Shown: positions 1 to 14,404, counted from the stretch's first letter. The stretch is DNA of 64,000 nt from Eledone cirrhosa (GCA_964016885.1 CAXHJY010000335.1:1-64000); one strand, 5' to 3'. Notes: generated by a model from the letters alone, not told the origin. Translations and numbers: made by a program.

Positions 1-83
1 ACTTCCCAAATAGTCTTCTGTTTCCAAATTTCAAATAACATCAATGTTAGGTAGAATCTCTTCAGGGAAAATTCATCAACAGA
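1..83 (-). CDS. HELQ: HELQ coding exon 16 (runs off window)
   Basis: ctttcag| acceptor at 84-86; translates SVDEFSLKRFYLTLMLFEIWKQKTIWEV, phase 0 after the previous exon. Confidence 0.85.
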
Positions 84-488
84 CTGAAAGACAAAGAGGA
101 AAGGAAAAATAGATGCAATGTACATATATAAGTATGGTATGGTCCCGTAACTCCTGATAGAGCCATAGGGGTGCTGTATTGACATATGGCGTTTCTTGGG
201 CATTTTATGCCTGGTGGAGCCCATCCCTCTCCAGGCCTGAGTACAGCAGATTTCTTCCAGAGAGAGGAAGAATCGACCCCAGTACTAGACCTCGGTGGGA
301 TTTGAACACAGAGAGCAGAGAGCCAGAACAAATACTATAAAGCATTCTATCCAACATTCTAATTTGCCGCCTTAATGTAGCATGATATCAAAAGAGGTCG
401 CTATATAATATATAATGGTCATGTGGCTCTATAATCGTCCAATAAGAGAATTGAAGCTAAACATCCAAGACCTCAGAACGGTTAGGTA

Positions 489-607
<119 letters not shown>

Positions 608-1845
608 GTAGGTAAAATCTCGACTGTGGTCTAGACTATACCCTTGAAAAAGCTTGTTGAACATACAAGGCCGCAGTTGGGATTTTACCTATCTTTATAC
701 CTACTCTGCATCTCCTTAAGCATTGAGTACTCACATGAAAAATAAAAGAGAGAGAGAGATTGATAAAATAAGTGCTAGACTTAAAAAAATAAGCAGTAGT
801 AGTATAGTATGATACCGTAACTCCTGATGGAGTTGTAGGGGCACTATAGTGAGATACAGTATTTCTTGGCTACAATTTAATGACTGAAACCAGTAAAAGA
901 ATATGTTTTTCATATACAGACTACAATATTAAAACATGCTATATAATATGTTTTATAAAACACATTATTTCAAAATATAGTTGCTGCAGTGCAGAAAGCT
1001 ATAATAGTTCATAACTATAAATGATAGTTGAATAAATCAGATAAAATACCTGTGGAAAAAGGGAAAACTGACAGAAACACCTTCAGGGGTACGTTATCTG
1101 ATTTATCCATTCAGCTGTTACTTATACTTATCTGCATTGTGGCAACTATATTTTCAAGTTTCCCAATGCTTTTTAATCTTTAATGCGCTGCCGGTGACAA
1201 ATTGCGACAATAGAGTATATAATTTAATCTGGCCGAGTTTACACTCGCAAATAAGAAGAACCAGGGCTGCCCCAAGGAGCATTGGATTTGATGTACTTCA
1301 TATTTGTTTCGGTTGCTGAATACAATCAAAGGTTTCTGCTTCTCCTGAAGGTCAATAGGTCTCTTCTAACTCGAGTGGGAACGCCTTTCCATTGTCAATT
1401 TGCATTGATCAACTGCAAAGCCGCATTGTTCTCAGAACCACTACACCAGTCTTTCGATGTGTGCAGATGGAACTACTGCCACCCATTGATCTGGCAGGAT
1501 CGCAACTCATTTCTACACCTGAGTAAACTGGAACAACGTAAAATAAAGTGTCTTGCTCAAGGACATAACACATCACCCGGTCCGAGAATCGAACTCACAA
1601 CCTTTCGATTGCAAGCCATGTGCCTTCAAATAGAGTACAATAGAGTAATCTCACCTTAATACATAATGACGAGTCAAGGGAAGCAATTCATAAAAAAATC
1701 CAGCATGTTGAAGACTATGTCAACCTAATATAATGTTTCACGAAGTATATACTATATAAACTATAATATTAAAAGTGTTTATATACATTTTATGAAATAT
1801 ATATGTGTAACTATGATATCAAAACATGACATCAACAGTTCTTAC

Positions 1846-1944
1846 CTGTTTAACCACTTGACCTGAAGCTTTCCGAGCCACATAGTTTTCAGTGACCCCC
1901 ATAACATTGGCAACATAAAGCTCATCTGGCTTTAAAGTATTCAG
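1846..1944 (-). CDS. HELQ: HELQ coding exon 15
   Basis: ttttcag|LNTLKPDELYVANVMGVTENYVARKASGQVVKQ|gtaag; 99 nt, phase 0-0. Confidence 0.85.
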
Positions 1945-3390
1945 CTGAAAATATACATACAATATCATCAACATCATATTCCATATTTTGAGATGGTTTC
2001 TATGGCATGATGCCTTTCCTAACCCCAATTACTTTGCAGGTTGTACTCATCATCATCATCATCTTTTAACGTCTATCTTCCATGCTAGCATGGATTGGTA
2101 TGTTTTATTATGGCATCAGTATTACAACTCTACAGAGTATACCGGGTGTATTTTATCATGGAGACAGCACTATCACGTTGCAGAGTGTATCAGGTGCTTT
2201 TAATCACATCAACACAGTGTAGTGATCATATGATATTGTGGCATTAGCACTAGTGAGATTGTTATGTAACCAATACACCTTGTAATGTAGATTGTGTTAG
2301 GAAGGGGATCCAACTGAAGAAACTATGCCAAAAATAGGGTTGGGAGGACTCTTTAGTCATGTCAAGGGCATGGCAACCTCTCCAATGCTGGTGCCATGAT
2401 AAAATACACTCTGTAATGTGGCTGGTGATACAAAGAGTACCAATCATTAGAGACCATGCCAAAACCGAAACATATGTGAGACATGGTCCCCCAACCAATC
2501 TTGGAGGACAGTAGTTCCAATTAAGTACTGATGCAGTCTGTAATGACCTGTCCAACCCATGCTAGTATGGAAAATCTTTATTCTCATCTATTTACATTCG
2601 TTTTTCCATGCTTTCATAGGTTGGGTAGGTCTTAATCAGCACAAGCTCCCTCCACATTTCTTCATCCAACAATTCATCATCTATACATATCACATGTGGC
2701 GGCACACGGCCTGGTGGTAAGGGTGTTGGACTTATGATTATAATGTTATAGGTTCAATTCCTGGACTAGGTTGTGTGTTGTGTTCTTGAAAAAAACACTT
2801 CATTTCACGTTGCTCCAGTATACTCAGCTGAAAATGAGTATCAGCAATAGCTTGAAGTTTAACCCTGCAATGGCGTCCTGTCCAGTGGGGAGTCATATAC
2901 TCTCGGTCGTTTAATGCCAGAAAAACCAGGATAAGCACCAGCCTGATGAGCCTCGGGGCTTGAGACAGACTTTAGACACATCACATGTCCATATCAGAAA
3001 TTATGACTAGATTTTTTCAACATGCTGACGTGTATGTGTATATGTGTGTACATGTGTACATGTGCACATGCATACATTTAAATGTATGAGTATATAAATA
3101 TAAATGTGCAAACACAGGCGCACTTACAAAAATACACTCAGACATACATTCACACAAACACACACACTCATACATTTACACAAACACACACATACACACA
3201 TCGTAGAAAATGGAACACCAGCTAGTTTTGCTATAGTTTTTTCACCGTCCTCTTTTTTTCCTTTTACACGCACATACATTCACACAAACACACATACATT
3301 GTGTGACAGATGGAAGTCACTGAAATTTATATATAGATGATGATGAAATGTGTGATGGTAAAGTAATTAGCAACAACTAAGAGGTCATAC

Positions 3391-3548
3391 CTGTTTGAAA
3401 TATGTCATCCAGGAAGGTGTGATGTTAGAGACAATGTCATATGGTGTGGTGAGGGCAAGCAGGTGTAGATAATTAGATACAACCAACGTCTCAGTGGCTT
3501 TTTTTAAGTCTTTGTACAATCTGTTGCAGATATCAATGTCAATAGAGC
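3391..3548 (-). CDS. HELQ: HELQ coding exon 14
   Basis: tttcag|(G)SIDIDICNRLYKDLKKATETLVVSNYLHLLALTTPYD..YFKQ|gtatga; 158 nt, phase 1-0. Confidence 0.88.
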
Positions 3549-3898
3549 CTGAAATAGATATCAGGGTTATACAATGTACATGCGTTCGAGGAGGGCAGCA
3601 CTAGATAGATACACTACTACTGCTACTAGTGTCATATACAATATAGGTGCATGAGGGCAGCATAGCGTAGAAATACTAAACAGTATGCATGTGTATGAAG
3701 AAGGCAGCATGAGGTAGAAATACTGCTTCTACTACTACTACTACTGCAGCTGTTGCTACTACTATTACAGCTGCTGCTACTATTACAATTACTACTGGTC
3801 ATATTGTAGTGAGAAAAGTAGATTAAACTAAATGTTTGGTATTTCATTGGCTAGTATTTTTAACGAGTTATTTCCCTTGACACTGCATTATCTATTAA

Positions 3899-4085
3899 GG
3901 AGATTGGCAGTATCGGTAGAGTGTCTGACGCCATGCTTTGCAGCAAAGAGTTACGGTCCTTTATGGTCTGAGTTCAAATCTCGCCGAGGTTAACTTTTCC
4001 TTTCACTCTTACGAGGTCGATAAAATAAAGTACCAGTAATACACTGATGGTATTGCTGGCCTTGTGCCAAAAGTAGAAACAATTA
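3899..4085 (+). mobile_element. tRNA-derived SINE (core resembling Deu/Nin domain); many related copies in window
   Basis: B-box GAGTTCAAATC then CCTTTCA..GGTCGATAAAATAAAGTACCAG; related copies near 35060-35490, 36670-36775(-), 61705-61863(-), 62498-63710. Confidence 0.7.
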
Positions 4086-4949
4086 TCTATTAAGGGGAGA
4101 TTACTCTTATGACACTCTGTGTCGTCGACAGCATGTTGAAGATTAAAATCAAGAACCCAGTTTCAAATCTTTATTAACCCTTTTGATACAGCACAGCAAA
4201 AACTATCCCTGGTCTTAAGAAAACAAACTCCACACATTTTAAAGGGTCCCTATTTCAATTAAAAATTTCACAAATGAATTTGCTAAGTTATGTTACACAT
4301 ACCATCTTAATAATGAAATAATTAATAATTTTAGTAAATCCCTCTACATTCTTAACTAATTAAGTCTTAATACTGTGTACTGATTTAGCAGAAAATATCT
4401 AAACAGAGTGTGTTGATTCAAATGTTTATATTATATTTAATAGTAAACAAGTTGTGAAATTTGCAGTATTAGTATAAAGGCTTTAATTTTCAATGTGGTT
4501 CTGCTGTTTTGTGTCTTGGTAATATGGTTTCATGTGGGTTGTTAATTCAAATGTTTATAGTATCTTTACTAGTGGATAGATTGTAGTGAAATTTTCAATG
4601 TGATGCAGTTACAGTACTGTTCTGTACTTTTCATGAGTATTTGGCTATTTTGTTTTCATGCAGTACAGAATGTTAAAAGTTAAGGCAAATACAAAATACA
4701 GTGTATTTCATTAGAATTTTGGTTACGAAAATGTTAAACTTTTTCCATAACTCATAAGTTGCAAGTTAAGTGAACACTCTGCTTCCTCAGACTACAATTT
4801 TTTTGGAGGTGGGTGGTTTAAGAAATAGAAAAGTGTTGAAATAAATGTGACACAGCAGTTGGTTTTAACACACTGTGTTTTAAGTTCAAATTCTACCAAA
4901 ATCAACATTGCCTTTTGCAACAATTTTCTAAAATGAATTGAGTCCTAAC

Positions 4950-5205
4950 CTTTATATGTAGCTCTTCCCAAATCAGTGATATCCAAAGTATAATTAATAC
5001 CAATGTCATCGGTTCCAGCTGCTTTCTCTTCTGTGTTTTCTGCAGGAGAAACAATCTTTCGTTTCTGTGCAAGAAGACCTAAGTCCAGCAATGACTGAAG
5101 GCTGGTTCTTGTTTGATCAGTAACATCACACATCAACACTTTATCCTGGACACTCAGTAGACTGTGAGATATTGTTGTAAACAGACTGGAAACATCTGTA
5201 GTAAT
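4950..5205 (-). CDS. HELQ: HELQ coding exon 13 (winged-helix region)
   Basis: tttacag|ITTDVSSLF..LDITDLGRATYK(G)|gttagg; 256 nt, phase 0-1. Confidence 0.88.
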
Positions 5206-5341
5206 CTGTAAAGATACATTGTTGTGAACCGATATGAAAGATCAGTAGCTGGATGCAAAGGTGGACTGTTGTGAACAGATTATTCATGCATACATTATCA
5301 CTATCAACATTTAATGTCTGTCAGTCCTAATGATAAGGGTA

Positions 5342-5390
<49 letters not shown>

Positions 5391-6449
5391 TATATATATA
5401 TGTAACAATTATAAGTATGAAGAGCAAATAGACAACAGTCCACGCTGTAATGTGGCCGTGTAGGTAAAACGGTAAAAACCTCCCAGTACACACTGTAAAC
5501 GTGGTTGGTGTTGGGAAGGGCATCCAGCCGTAGAAAACCCGCCAGACAGTCCTATACGAGCAGGACAACCAATCTTGCCTCAAGTGGGAAAACTCCCGTC
5601 CAAACCCATGCAAGCGTGGAAGATGGACGTTAAACGATGATGATATATATATATATATACATACATACATACATATACAACTGGTGGTGGCTGGAGGAAT
5701 ATATATAGGAGAGAGAGAGAGAGAGAGAGAGAGAAGGGGTTACTACCATAGCAGAACAATAACATATTCACACTGTAGATGGTAAACTGTGATGGTGGTG
5801 ATGATGATAAACATTTTAACTCTTTCATTACAATATCTCTAATGAAAGATACTGACTATGATTTTCAAATGATTTTAAAAATAATCAAGAATTTAGAAAG
5901 ATTTAGTAATATAGAGGTGAGGATGTTGGATTCGTGACCACAATGTTGTGGACTCAATTCCTTGCACATTGCATTCTTGAACAAACTATATTTTATTTTA
6001 CATTGCTCTATCTGTCTGGACTAGCAACCAGCAGATAGTAATGCACAATGAAAACATTGTTTCTTTGGTCTAATCTGATGATCAAGCCTTAGAGAATGTA
6101 AGTGGCCTAGTGGTTAAAGTGTTGGATTTATAATCATAAGGATATGGGTTTGATTTCTGGAGTGAGCAGCATGCTGTGTTTTTGAGCAAAATACTTTATT
6201 TCATGTTGCTCTTTTTGTTAAGAGTTGCAACTGGCAGATTGCAATGGTAATAGAAACAGTTTCCTTGGTCTGACATGATGATCAGTACCTTTCCTTTTTA
6301 GTAATATTAATAACTATCTTGTTATTAAGTTAGTATTTGGAACATAACAAAGGTTCTTAGATAAAATTATGATGGAAGGTTTTTAGATAAATATGAGCAC
6401 TAAACATAAACAAAAGCAAGTGAGACTTAATAGTAAGTCATTATTGGCA

Positions 6450-6850
6450 GAGCGAGAGGTGGAATGAGGGGACGGCAAAAGGCCAGACGACATGACAATC
6501 TTCCTGTTCTGCAGGGGTAGGTCCCTCATGTGGGATGCTACATGCTGTGACACCTTCTTTAGTGCCAACCTGGTGTGTTCGGCTGCCATCCCAGGCTTCG
6601 CAGACCTCCAGGACGAAGAGGGCAAACTGTCTAAATATTGGCCACTCTCAGATAGGTTTGTGGAAGAGCCTGTAGCAGTGGAGACTTCAAGGATCCTTAG
6701 CCCTAGGATCACATCCCTGCTTACAGCTATCAGAGCAGAGTTGGCTGCCTGCAGGTGTGAGCCCTGGGAGGTGGAGTGGCTGTTCCAGCACATACCGTCA
6801 TTGTTCTTCGGAGTTATGTATTCTCCATCCTGTCAGCTGGGACCATGAGG
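6450..6850 (+). mobile_element. Degenerate CRE-clade non-LTR fragment (restriction-like endonuclease C-terminus)
   Basis: DGKRPDDMT..RGRSLMWDATCCDT..KLSKY..PVAVET..WLFQ resembles the RPD..D..K..KY..P.A.ET RLE pattern of CRE elements. Confidence 0.6.
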
Positions 6851-7016
6851 TGGAGGGTAAGATCCTTGGAGGTGGAGGATTCTTGTTCGGACCTCATACA
6901 TATACATACGAAAATGCCAATTTAATGTTTACCTAGTTGATGTAGTCATTAGTTGTAAGTCATTAGTTGAAAGTCATTAGTTGAAAGTTGATGAGACATG
7001 AAAGGGGTCTGATTAC

Positions 7017-7121
7017 CTGGAGACCAACAAGAGAGAGGATTAGCAAGCTAATCCCTTTTCCCTCATTATACATCAGACTGCTGTGGCAACTTTCTATCGG
7101 TTTACTGAGCAGTTCTTTAAC
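7017..7121 (-). CDS. HELQ: HELQ coding exon 12
   Basis: tttcag|VKELLSKPIESCHSSLMYNEGKGISLLILSLVGLQ|gtaatc; 105 nt. Confidence 0.9.
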
Positions 7122-7212
7122 CTGAAACAAATACACAAAATAAAAAGAATTTAAAACAAAGAGTAGAAATGAAAGCAACACGAGTTGGGAATAGCTTGAT
7201 TATATTTCATGA

Positions 7213-8655
7213 TAGATAGTGAAGAGTTTAGCGTAAAAGTTGGTGTTCATCAGGGCTCCGTCCTTAGCCCCCTCCTATTTATTATCGCCCTCCAAGCTAC
7301 AACGGAGGAGTTCAAGACTGGCTGCCCATGGGAACTTCTATACGCAGATGATCTAACGCTCATAGCCGAATCAATGGCTAAACTAGAGAAGAAATTCCAA
7401 ACATGGAAGCATGGCCTAGAATCAAAAGGCCTTAAAGTTAACTTGTCTAAGACTAAAGTCCTAATATGTAGGAAGGAGAATAGGGCACTGGTCCCATCTG
7501 GGAAATGGCCATACTCAGTGTGTAAGAAAGGAGTAGGCAGAAACTCCATTTTATGTCTCAAATGCAAACTATAGGTGCATAAAAGATGTAGTGGGATCAC
7601 AGGTAAGCTAACTAAGAATATAGATTTTATATGTGGCCGGTGCTCTGGTGCAATAAGTAGCAGCAAATGCCCACAGAATACTAGCTCATTCCATTGCACA
7701 GATGGTTCTATAGAAATAGTGGACACCTTCCGTTACTTGGGTGACAAGATCAGCAGTGGTGGAGGGTGCTCTGAAAGTACAGTAGCTAGACTCAGAACAG
7801 GATGGAAAAAGTTCAGAGAGCTTATACCACTATTGGCCGCTAAGGGTTTCTCTCTAAAAATGAAAGGCAGGCTGTATGATGCCTGCATACGAACAACAAT
7901 GTTACATGGCAGTGAGACCTGGGCCTTGTGTGCAGAGGATCTACGCAGACTGGAGAGGAACGAAGCTTGCATGCTCCGTTGGATGTGTAATAGTAATATA
8001 CACAAACGGCAAAGTATAAATGAACTAAGTGAGAAATTAGGAATAAGAGGGATCAGATGCTGTTTACTTGAGAGAAGACTACATTGGTATGGTCACGTGA
8101 TGCGCATGAAAGACGACAGTTGTATAAAAGAGTGCAGGGCGATCAAAATAGATGGTAGCTATGGAGTAGGCAGACCCAGAAAAACCTGGGACGACTTGAT
8201 AAATTCCGACCTCACACCTCTTCAAGACAATGTCACTGGACCGAGATCTTTGGCACTACGTAGTAATACAGAAGACCCGCCTTGCCTAAGTACAAAGCGA
8301 AACCTACAGTCAGTAGGCACCTCTTAACCAAAATACACCCCCGTTCCACTACCCCCCCCCCCTTTCGATGTAAAGCCATGTTGGTACCACAACATCCAGT
8401 CCTAAATAAATGAGGTTGTGTAGGTGTCACCACAAAAAAACACAGTCCACGCTGTAATGTGGCCGTGTAGGTAACACGGTAAAACCCTCCCAGTCCACAC
8501 TGTAAACCTGGTTGGTGTTAGGAAGGGCATCCAGCCGTAGAAAACCCGCCAGACAGTCCTATACGAGCAAGACAACCAATCTTGCCTCAAGTGGGACAAT
8601 TCCCGTTGAGACACATACTAGCATGGAAGATGGACGTTAAACGATGATGATGATG
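7213..8655 (+). mobile_element. 5'-truncated RTE-clade LINE, same family as 29967-33517
   Basis: GVHQGSVLSP, YADD, YLG motifs; internal stop at 7572-7574 and frameshift near the end; (GAT)n tail. Confidence 0.9.
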
Positions 8656-8889
8656 AAATGAATTAATTGTCTCAGAATGACAATTAATTAATTATTTGAT
8701 TTTAAAGGGGCTGTGAATAGAGGGCAAAGACATGTGAACCTCATCCGAAAGACAGCAACAAAGACCCTGGAATAAACATAATTATATATATATATATACA
8801 CTCACACACATATATATATATATATACATACACCATCTTCATTTAAAGTCAGCAGGGAAAATGGACAATGAATGATGATGATGATGATA

Positions 8890-11502
8890 TACAAGGTCTG
8901 TCATAAAAGTGTCTGACTTGATTTTTTTCCCATGGGAAGTAATGATGTTAGTGAGACAAAAGAGTGAAGAGTAGAGCTGCATATATTCATGTACATATGT
9001 TGTTTTTGGTGAGCTTGCTGGGTGTGTCTGTCACTGCCAAGTAGCCAGCATGTGAATTACTGTATTACTTGTCACATTTTCGCCTTTGATGACAATGTGT
9101 GGCGCAAAGATCTTGCATCAAATTTTGCCAAAAGCATAGAGATAACCAAGTGAAAACAATTTGCAAAATTCAACAGGTCATTGTTGACAATATCACGGGT
9201 ATTACCTAAATAAATGACTGATAAAACAGGTTCAAAGATGACCACATATTGATGGAGAGTGACCAGTGCTCTGGGAGGCAGTCAACAAGCCACAATGCAG
9301 TTATCTACTTATATATATAACCAGCAATTTCTCTGTCTGTCTGTCCGACAGTGGAAACACGTGCGTAGAGAGAGAGTGAGAGTGAAAGAAAGAGACAGAC
9401 TACGAGAGGGGGATAGCGGGAGGGAGAGAGAGAGAGTGAATAGACGCTAAAACACGTGCTACAGAAACATTACCTTCCCCTCTCCACTAACTTTGGTCAC
9501 TGAGGCCGAGGGAATCGCGCTGAGCGCGTCATAATGACGTAATGCAGACAGCAGACATACAGACAGATATTATAAGGTATTAAAGACTAAGAATTATATA
9601 GAGAGAACGCTAAATCGCCTAATGCGGTCCCTAGGGCATTGAAAATTTGAAATAACTTTTGCTCAAAACACTCACAGGACCATAAGTATTACATGTCTAA
9701 AGTTTGAAAACAATCGGTTGGATGGTTCTCAAGTTTTAGTGAGCTGACAGACAGACAGACATTCTCTGTTTTAGATATATAGACTAGCAGAAAACCGCCC
9801 CCCCGGGTGGTTTTCTGCTAGTCTATATATATAAAACTGAGGATGTCTGTCTGTGTGTGTGTCTGTGAGTTTGAATCCCTAAAACTCGAGAAGTACCCAA
9901 CCGATTTTTTTCAAACTTTACATTTGTATTACTTATGTTTCAGGGAGTGTTATGCACATAAAAAAATTTGATCCCCTTAGGTGAAAAACTGCGTTTTTTC
10001 AGCCTTTTAGGGCTTTTTTTAGGCGTTACGTCTGACCGATTTCCTTGAGCAAAGAAAATCCAACTTTTTTATGGCCTAGATCCCGCATTAGGTGAAAAAC
10101 TTCATTCATTCAGCTTTTTAGGGCTTTTTTAAGGCGTTACGTCTAAATCGCATTCAGAGTTATTTCCCTTGGAATATATTGTATTATTAGAAGTCTCATC
10201 TATATATATATAAAACTGAGGATGTCTGTGTGTGTGTGTGTCTGTGAGTTTCAATCCCTAAAACTCGAGAAATACCCAACCGATTTTTTTCAAACTTTAC
10301 ATGTGTATTACTCATGTTTCAACTTTTTGATCCCTTTAGGGCTTTTTTGAGGCGTTACGTCTAGCTGATTTTCCCGAAATTTCAAGGCATATTATGCACA
10401 TAAAAAAAATTCATTTTCTTGATCCCCTAGGGCCCACATTAGGTGAAAACCTACATTTTTCCTGCTTCATCGAGGAAAATCTTAAAGATATCCAGCCATC
10501 AGAGTATTCGGTTTATTTTCTTTACATACTGTCCAGGCATGCAGTTTTTCCACGATTAGGTCTGTTGGCAGCCTGCGTTCCAAAATACCTTATCCCGTGC
10601 AACGCCGGGTACCACTGCTAGTTATTGATAAAGTGCAGACTTTGATAATGGAGGATTGTCATTTTATGGTACAAGAAATAGGGAACAAGTTTGAGATCAT
10701 AAAAAATTCTGCACATGTAATTTTAAAGGAAGATTTGGGCATTTGCAGAAGGGCAGTGAGATTTGTGCCCAAGCAATTTTCTCAGGAACAACAACTTTAT
10801 CTTATGGTTGTGCAGAACCTGCGAGATTCTACCAACATGAATACTTGCGTGGAGATGAAATGTGGTTGTATGGATATGATGACCCAGAAACCAAAGCTAA
10901 ATCCTCACAGTGGAGGCATCTAATGTTACCAAGGCCCCCAAAAAGCATGTCAGGTGTAGACAAAAGTCAAGATGCTGCTGATTGTTTTACTTAACTACTG
11001 AGGTGTTGTACATCATGAATATGCACAAGAAGGATAAATAATTACAAAGGAATATTATTAGAAAATCCTCCAACATTTTTGTGATGTTCAGCACAAAAGG
11101 CTGGAGCTATAGGCCTTGCAAAATTGGCAGTTGCATAATAACAACATCCCAGCTCATTTGTCACAGCTGATCCAAGGTTTCTTGGCATTTTGTTAATCTG
11201 CAAGGCTCTCTACACACCAAGCATGGTTTCTTCTGACTTCTGATTATTCCTAAAAATGAAGATGCCATTGAATGTTTCTCACTGTGAGAGCCTAGAGGAC
11301 ATTATGTGGACTGTGATAGCTAAGCTGAGAGCCATTTCAGAAGAAACATTCCAGGAGATGATTCAAACAGTGGAAGGATCGCTGGGCTAAGTGTGTGGAG
11401 GAAGAAGGTGTCTACTTTGAAGAGGATTAGAAATTAACCCAACAAATATATAATTGGTTTTTCCCCAGCCTAAGGCAGAATGCTTTTACAACAGACCTCA
11501 TA
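8890..11502 (+). mobile_element. Degenerate mariner transposon interrupted by Helitron-like insertion
   Basis: Imperfect TIRs TACAAGGTCTGTCATAAAAG / CTTTTACAACAGACCTCATA; transposase remnants RFVPK and GDEMWLYGYDDPETKAKSSQW. Confidence 0.75.
9304..10621 (+). mobile_element. Non-autonomous Helitron-like composite
   Basis: Inserted as A|TC...CTAG|T; subterminal hairpin CCCGTGCAACGCCGGG about 12 nt from the end; repeated TCTATATATATATAAAACTGAGGATGTCTG 5' ends at ~9822 and ~10199. Confidence 0.7.
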
Positions 11503-11711
11503 AATGTGTGTATGTGTGTGTGCATGCATGTGTGTGTATGTCTATGTCTTTGTTTATCCTCTAACTTAGCAGTTTGATAAAATAAGTACCAAACTCGAAA
11601 AAGTACTGTGTTTTGATATAATCAAATAAATCCCCCTTTCTAGGCAGTGCCCCAGTATGGCTGCCATCTGATACCTGAAACCAGTAAAAATATAAAAGAA
11701 TACCAGAACAC

Positions 11712-11853
11712 CTTTTCTTTGTCCTTTGGTGCGACAATCAGAATACTTTCTCCTGAGACATCAATACCAGCTCTACCAGCTCTTCCAATCATTTGTAAAT
11801 ATTGACATCTGCTGATGAACTTTTTACCAACATAGGGGCAGCGTAATATAACT
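11712..11853 (-). CDS. HELQ: HELQ coding exon 11 (helicase motif VI)
   Basis: tccag|(R)[28 protein letters not shown]|gtgttc; 142 nt, phase 2-0. Confidence 0.93.
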
Positions 11854-13160
11854 CTGGACAAATATGATATAAAATATGATTCATTTGAAAATACACAAAC
11901 TATTTGATACATAGGATGAGAGACAGACTGTCAGTTAGATAGATGGACAGGTTGATAGGTAGACAGGCTGATAGGTAGACAGGCTGATAGATAGACAGGC
12001 TGTTAGGTAGACAGGCTGATAAGTAGACAGGCTGTTAGGTAGACAGGCTGATAGGTAGACAGGCTGTTAGATAGACAGGCTGTTAGATAGACAGGCTGAT
12101 AGATAGACAGGCTGATAGGTAGACAGGCTGTTAGGTAGACAGGCTGATAGATAGACAGGCTGTTAGGTAGACAGGCTGATAGATAGACAGGCTGTTAGGT
12201 AGACAGGCTGTTAGATAGACAGGCTGATAGATAGACAGGCTGTTAGGTAGACAGGCTGATAGATAGACAGGCTGTTAGGTAGACAGGCTGTTAGGTAGAC
12301 AGGCTGATAGATAGACAGGCTGTTAGGTAGACAGGCTGATAGGTAGACAGGCTGTTAGGTAGACAGGCTGATAGATAGACAGGCTGTTAGGTAGACAGGC
12401 TGATAGGTAGACAGGTTGATAGGTAGACAGGCTGTTAGGTAGACAGGCTGATAGGTAGACAGGTTGATAGGTAGACAGGCTGTTAGGTAGACAGGCTGAT
12501 AGGTAGACAGGCTGATAGGTAGACAGGCTGTTAGGTAGACAGGCTGTTAGGTTGACAGGCTGATAGGTAGACAGGCTGATAGGTAGACAGGCTGATAGGT
12601 AGACAGGTTGATAGGTAGACAGGCTGTTAGGTAGACAGGCTGTTAGGTAGACAGGCTGTTAGGTAGACAGGCTGATAGGTAGACAGGTTGATAGGTAGAC
12701 AGGCTGATAGGTAGACAGGTTGATAGGTAGACAGGCTGTTAGGTAGACAGGCTGTTAGGTAGACAGGCTGTTAGGTAGACAGGCTGATAGGTAGACAGGC
12801 TGTTAGGTAGACAGGCTGATAGGTAGACAGGCTGTTAGGTAGACAGGCTGATAGATAGACAGGCTGTTAGGTAGACAGGTTGTTAGGTAGACAGGCTGAT
12901 AGATAGACAGGCTGTTAGGTAGACAGGTTGTTAGGTAGACAGGCTGATAGGTAGACAGGCTGTTAGGTAGACAGGCTGTTAGGTAGACAGGCTGATAGAT
13001 AGACAGGCTGTTAGGTAGACAGGTTGTTAGGTAGACAGGCTGTTAGGTAGACAGGCTGTTAGGTAGACAGGCTGTTAGGTAGACAGGCTGTTAGGTAGAC
13101 AGGTTGTTAGGTAGACAGGCTGATAGATAGACAGCCTGATAGATAGACAGGCTGATAGAT

Positions 13161-13716
13161 AGATTTCTTTATTAGCCACAAGGGCGCAACAAGAAAGGGG
13201 ACAATACAAAGACATGCCGGGGATTTTACATACAGTCATGTAAAAAATATAAAAACAAACAATTTCAACAATCGAAATCCCCAATAGGGGGGAGGCGCCA
13301 CAAATGGGTTGTTTAATACCCCGTCGATAGAACAACCCTCAACTCCAGGAGCGTGTTGTGCAAGTGCTCCTTTCTTCCTTTTGCTCTCTTCCTCAACCTA
13401 CAGGCTTATAAACAGAGAAGGCCCAATCACTCGGGCCATTTTCGCTTCATTCACCCACCTTTCAGTAAATTTACTGGGGTGCAGTGCCTCTCTCTCCACC
13501 CTGATTCTCCTTCTAAAGTGATACTTAAAGAAGGGAATCAATTGTTGTCCGGAGAGAAAGGCATCTGTCCTCAGTCCTCTCAACCTCGTCCACCATATAA
13601 CTTCTTTCACCATAGCCACCGTACAGAGGAAAACCGCCTCTCTTTCGTTTTTGAAAGAGTCTGGCGGTTTGATCCTTACTATGGACTCGGCAGTCAACTG
13701 TATTTGTCCCATACGC
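13161..13716 (-). mobile_element. Tx1/L1-clade LINE copy 1 (short 3' fragment, divergent subfamily)
   Basis: ORF 13398-13712 homologous to the ORF2 C-terminus of the other copies; 3' end AATAAAGAAAT abutting the minisatellite. Confidence 0.88.
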
Positions 13717-14404
13717 GACAGGCTGTTAGGTAGACAGGCTGATAGATAGACAGGCTGTTAGGTAGACAGGCTGATAGATAGACAGGCTGTTAGGTAGACA
13801 GGCTGTTAGGTAGACAGGCTGTTAGGTAGACAGGCTGTTAGGTAGACAGGCTGTTAGGTAGACAGGCTGTTAGGTAGACAGGCTGTTAGGTAGACAGGCT
13901 GATAGGTAGACAGGCTGTTAGATAGACAGGCTGTTAGGTAGACAGGCTGTTAGGTAGACAGGCTGTTAGGTAGACAGGCTGTTAGGTAGACAGGCTGTTA
14001 GGTAGACAGGCTGTTAGGTAGACAGGCTGTTAGATAGACAGGCTGTTAGGTAGACAGGCTGTTAGGTAGACAGGCTGTTAGGTAGACAGGCTGTTAGGTA
14101 GACAGGCTGTTAGGTAGACAGGCTGTTAGGTAGACAGGCTGTTAGGTAGACAGGCTGATAGATAGACAGGCTGATAGGTAGACAGGCTGATAGATAGACA
14201 GGCTGTTAGGTAGACAGGCTGTTAGGTAGACAGGCTGATAGGTAAACAGGCTGTTAGGTAGACAGGCTGTTAGGTAGACAGGCTGATAGATAGACAGGCT
14301 GTTAGGTAGACAGGCTGATAGGTAGACAGGCTGTTAGGTAGACAGGCTGTTAGGTAGACAGGCTGATAGATAGACAGGCTGTTAGGTAGACAGGCTGATA
14401 GATA

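Noticed and set aside
1040-1505. Non-repetitive island with short ORFs
   Set aside because: Stops in the frames examined and no recognisable motif; HELQ phases are already satisfied without it
3899-4000. tRNA gene
   Set aside because: B-box present but no cloverleaf; it is a SINE head
11925-14404. Array as CRISPR or telomere
   Set aside because: No unique spacers or cas genes; the unit is 16 bp, not TTAGGG
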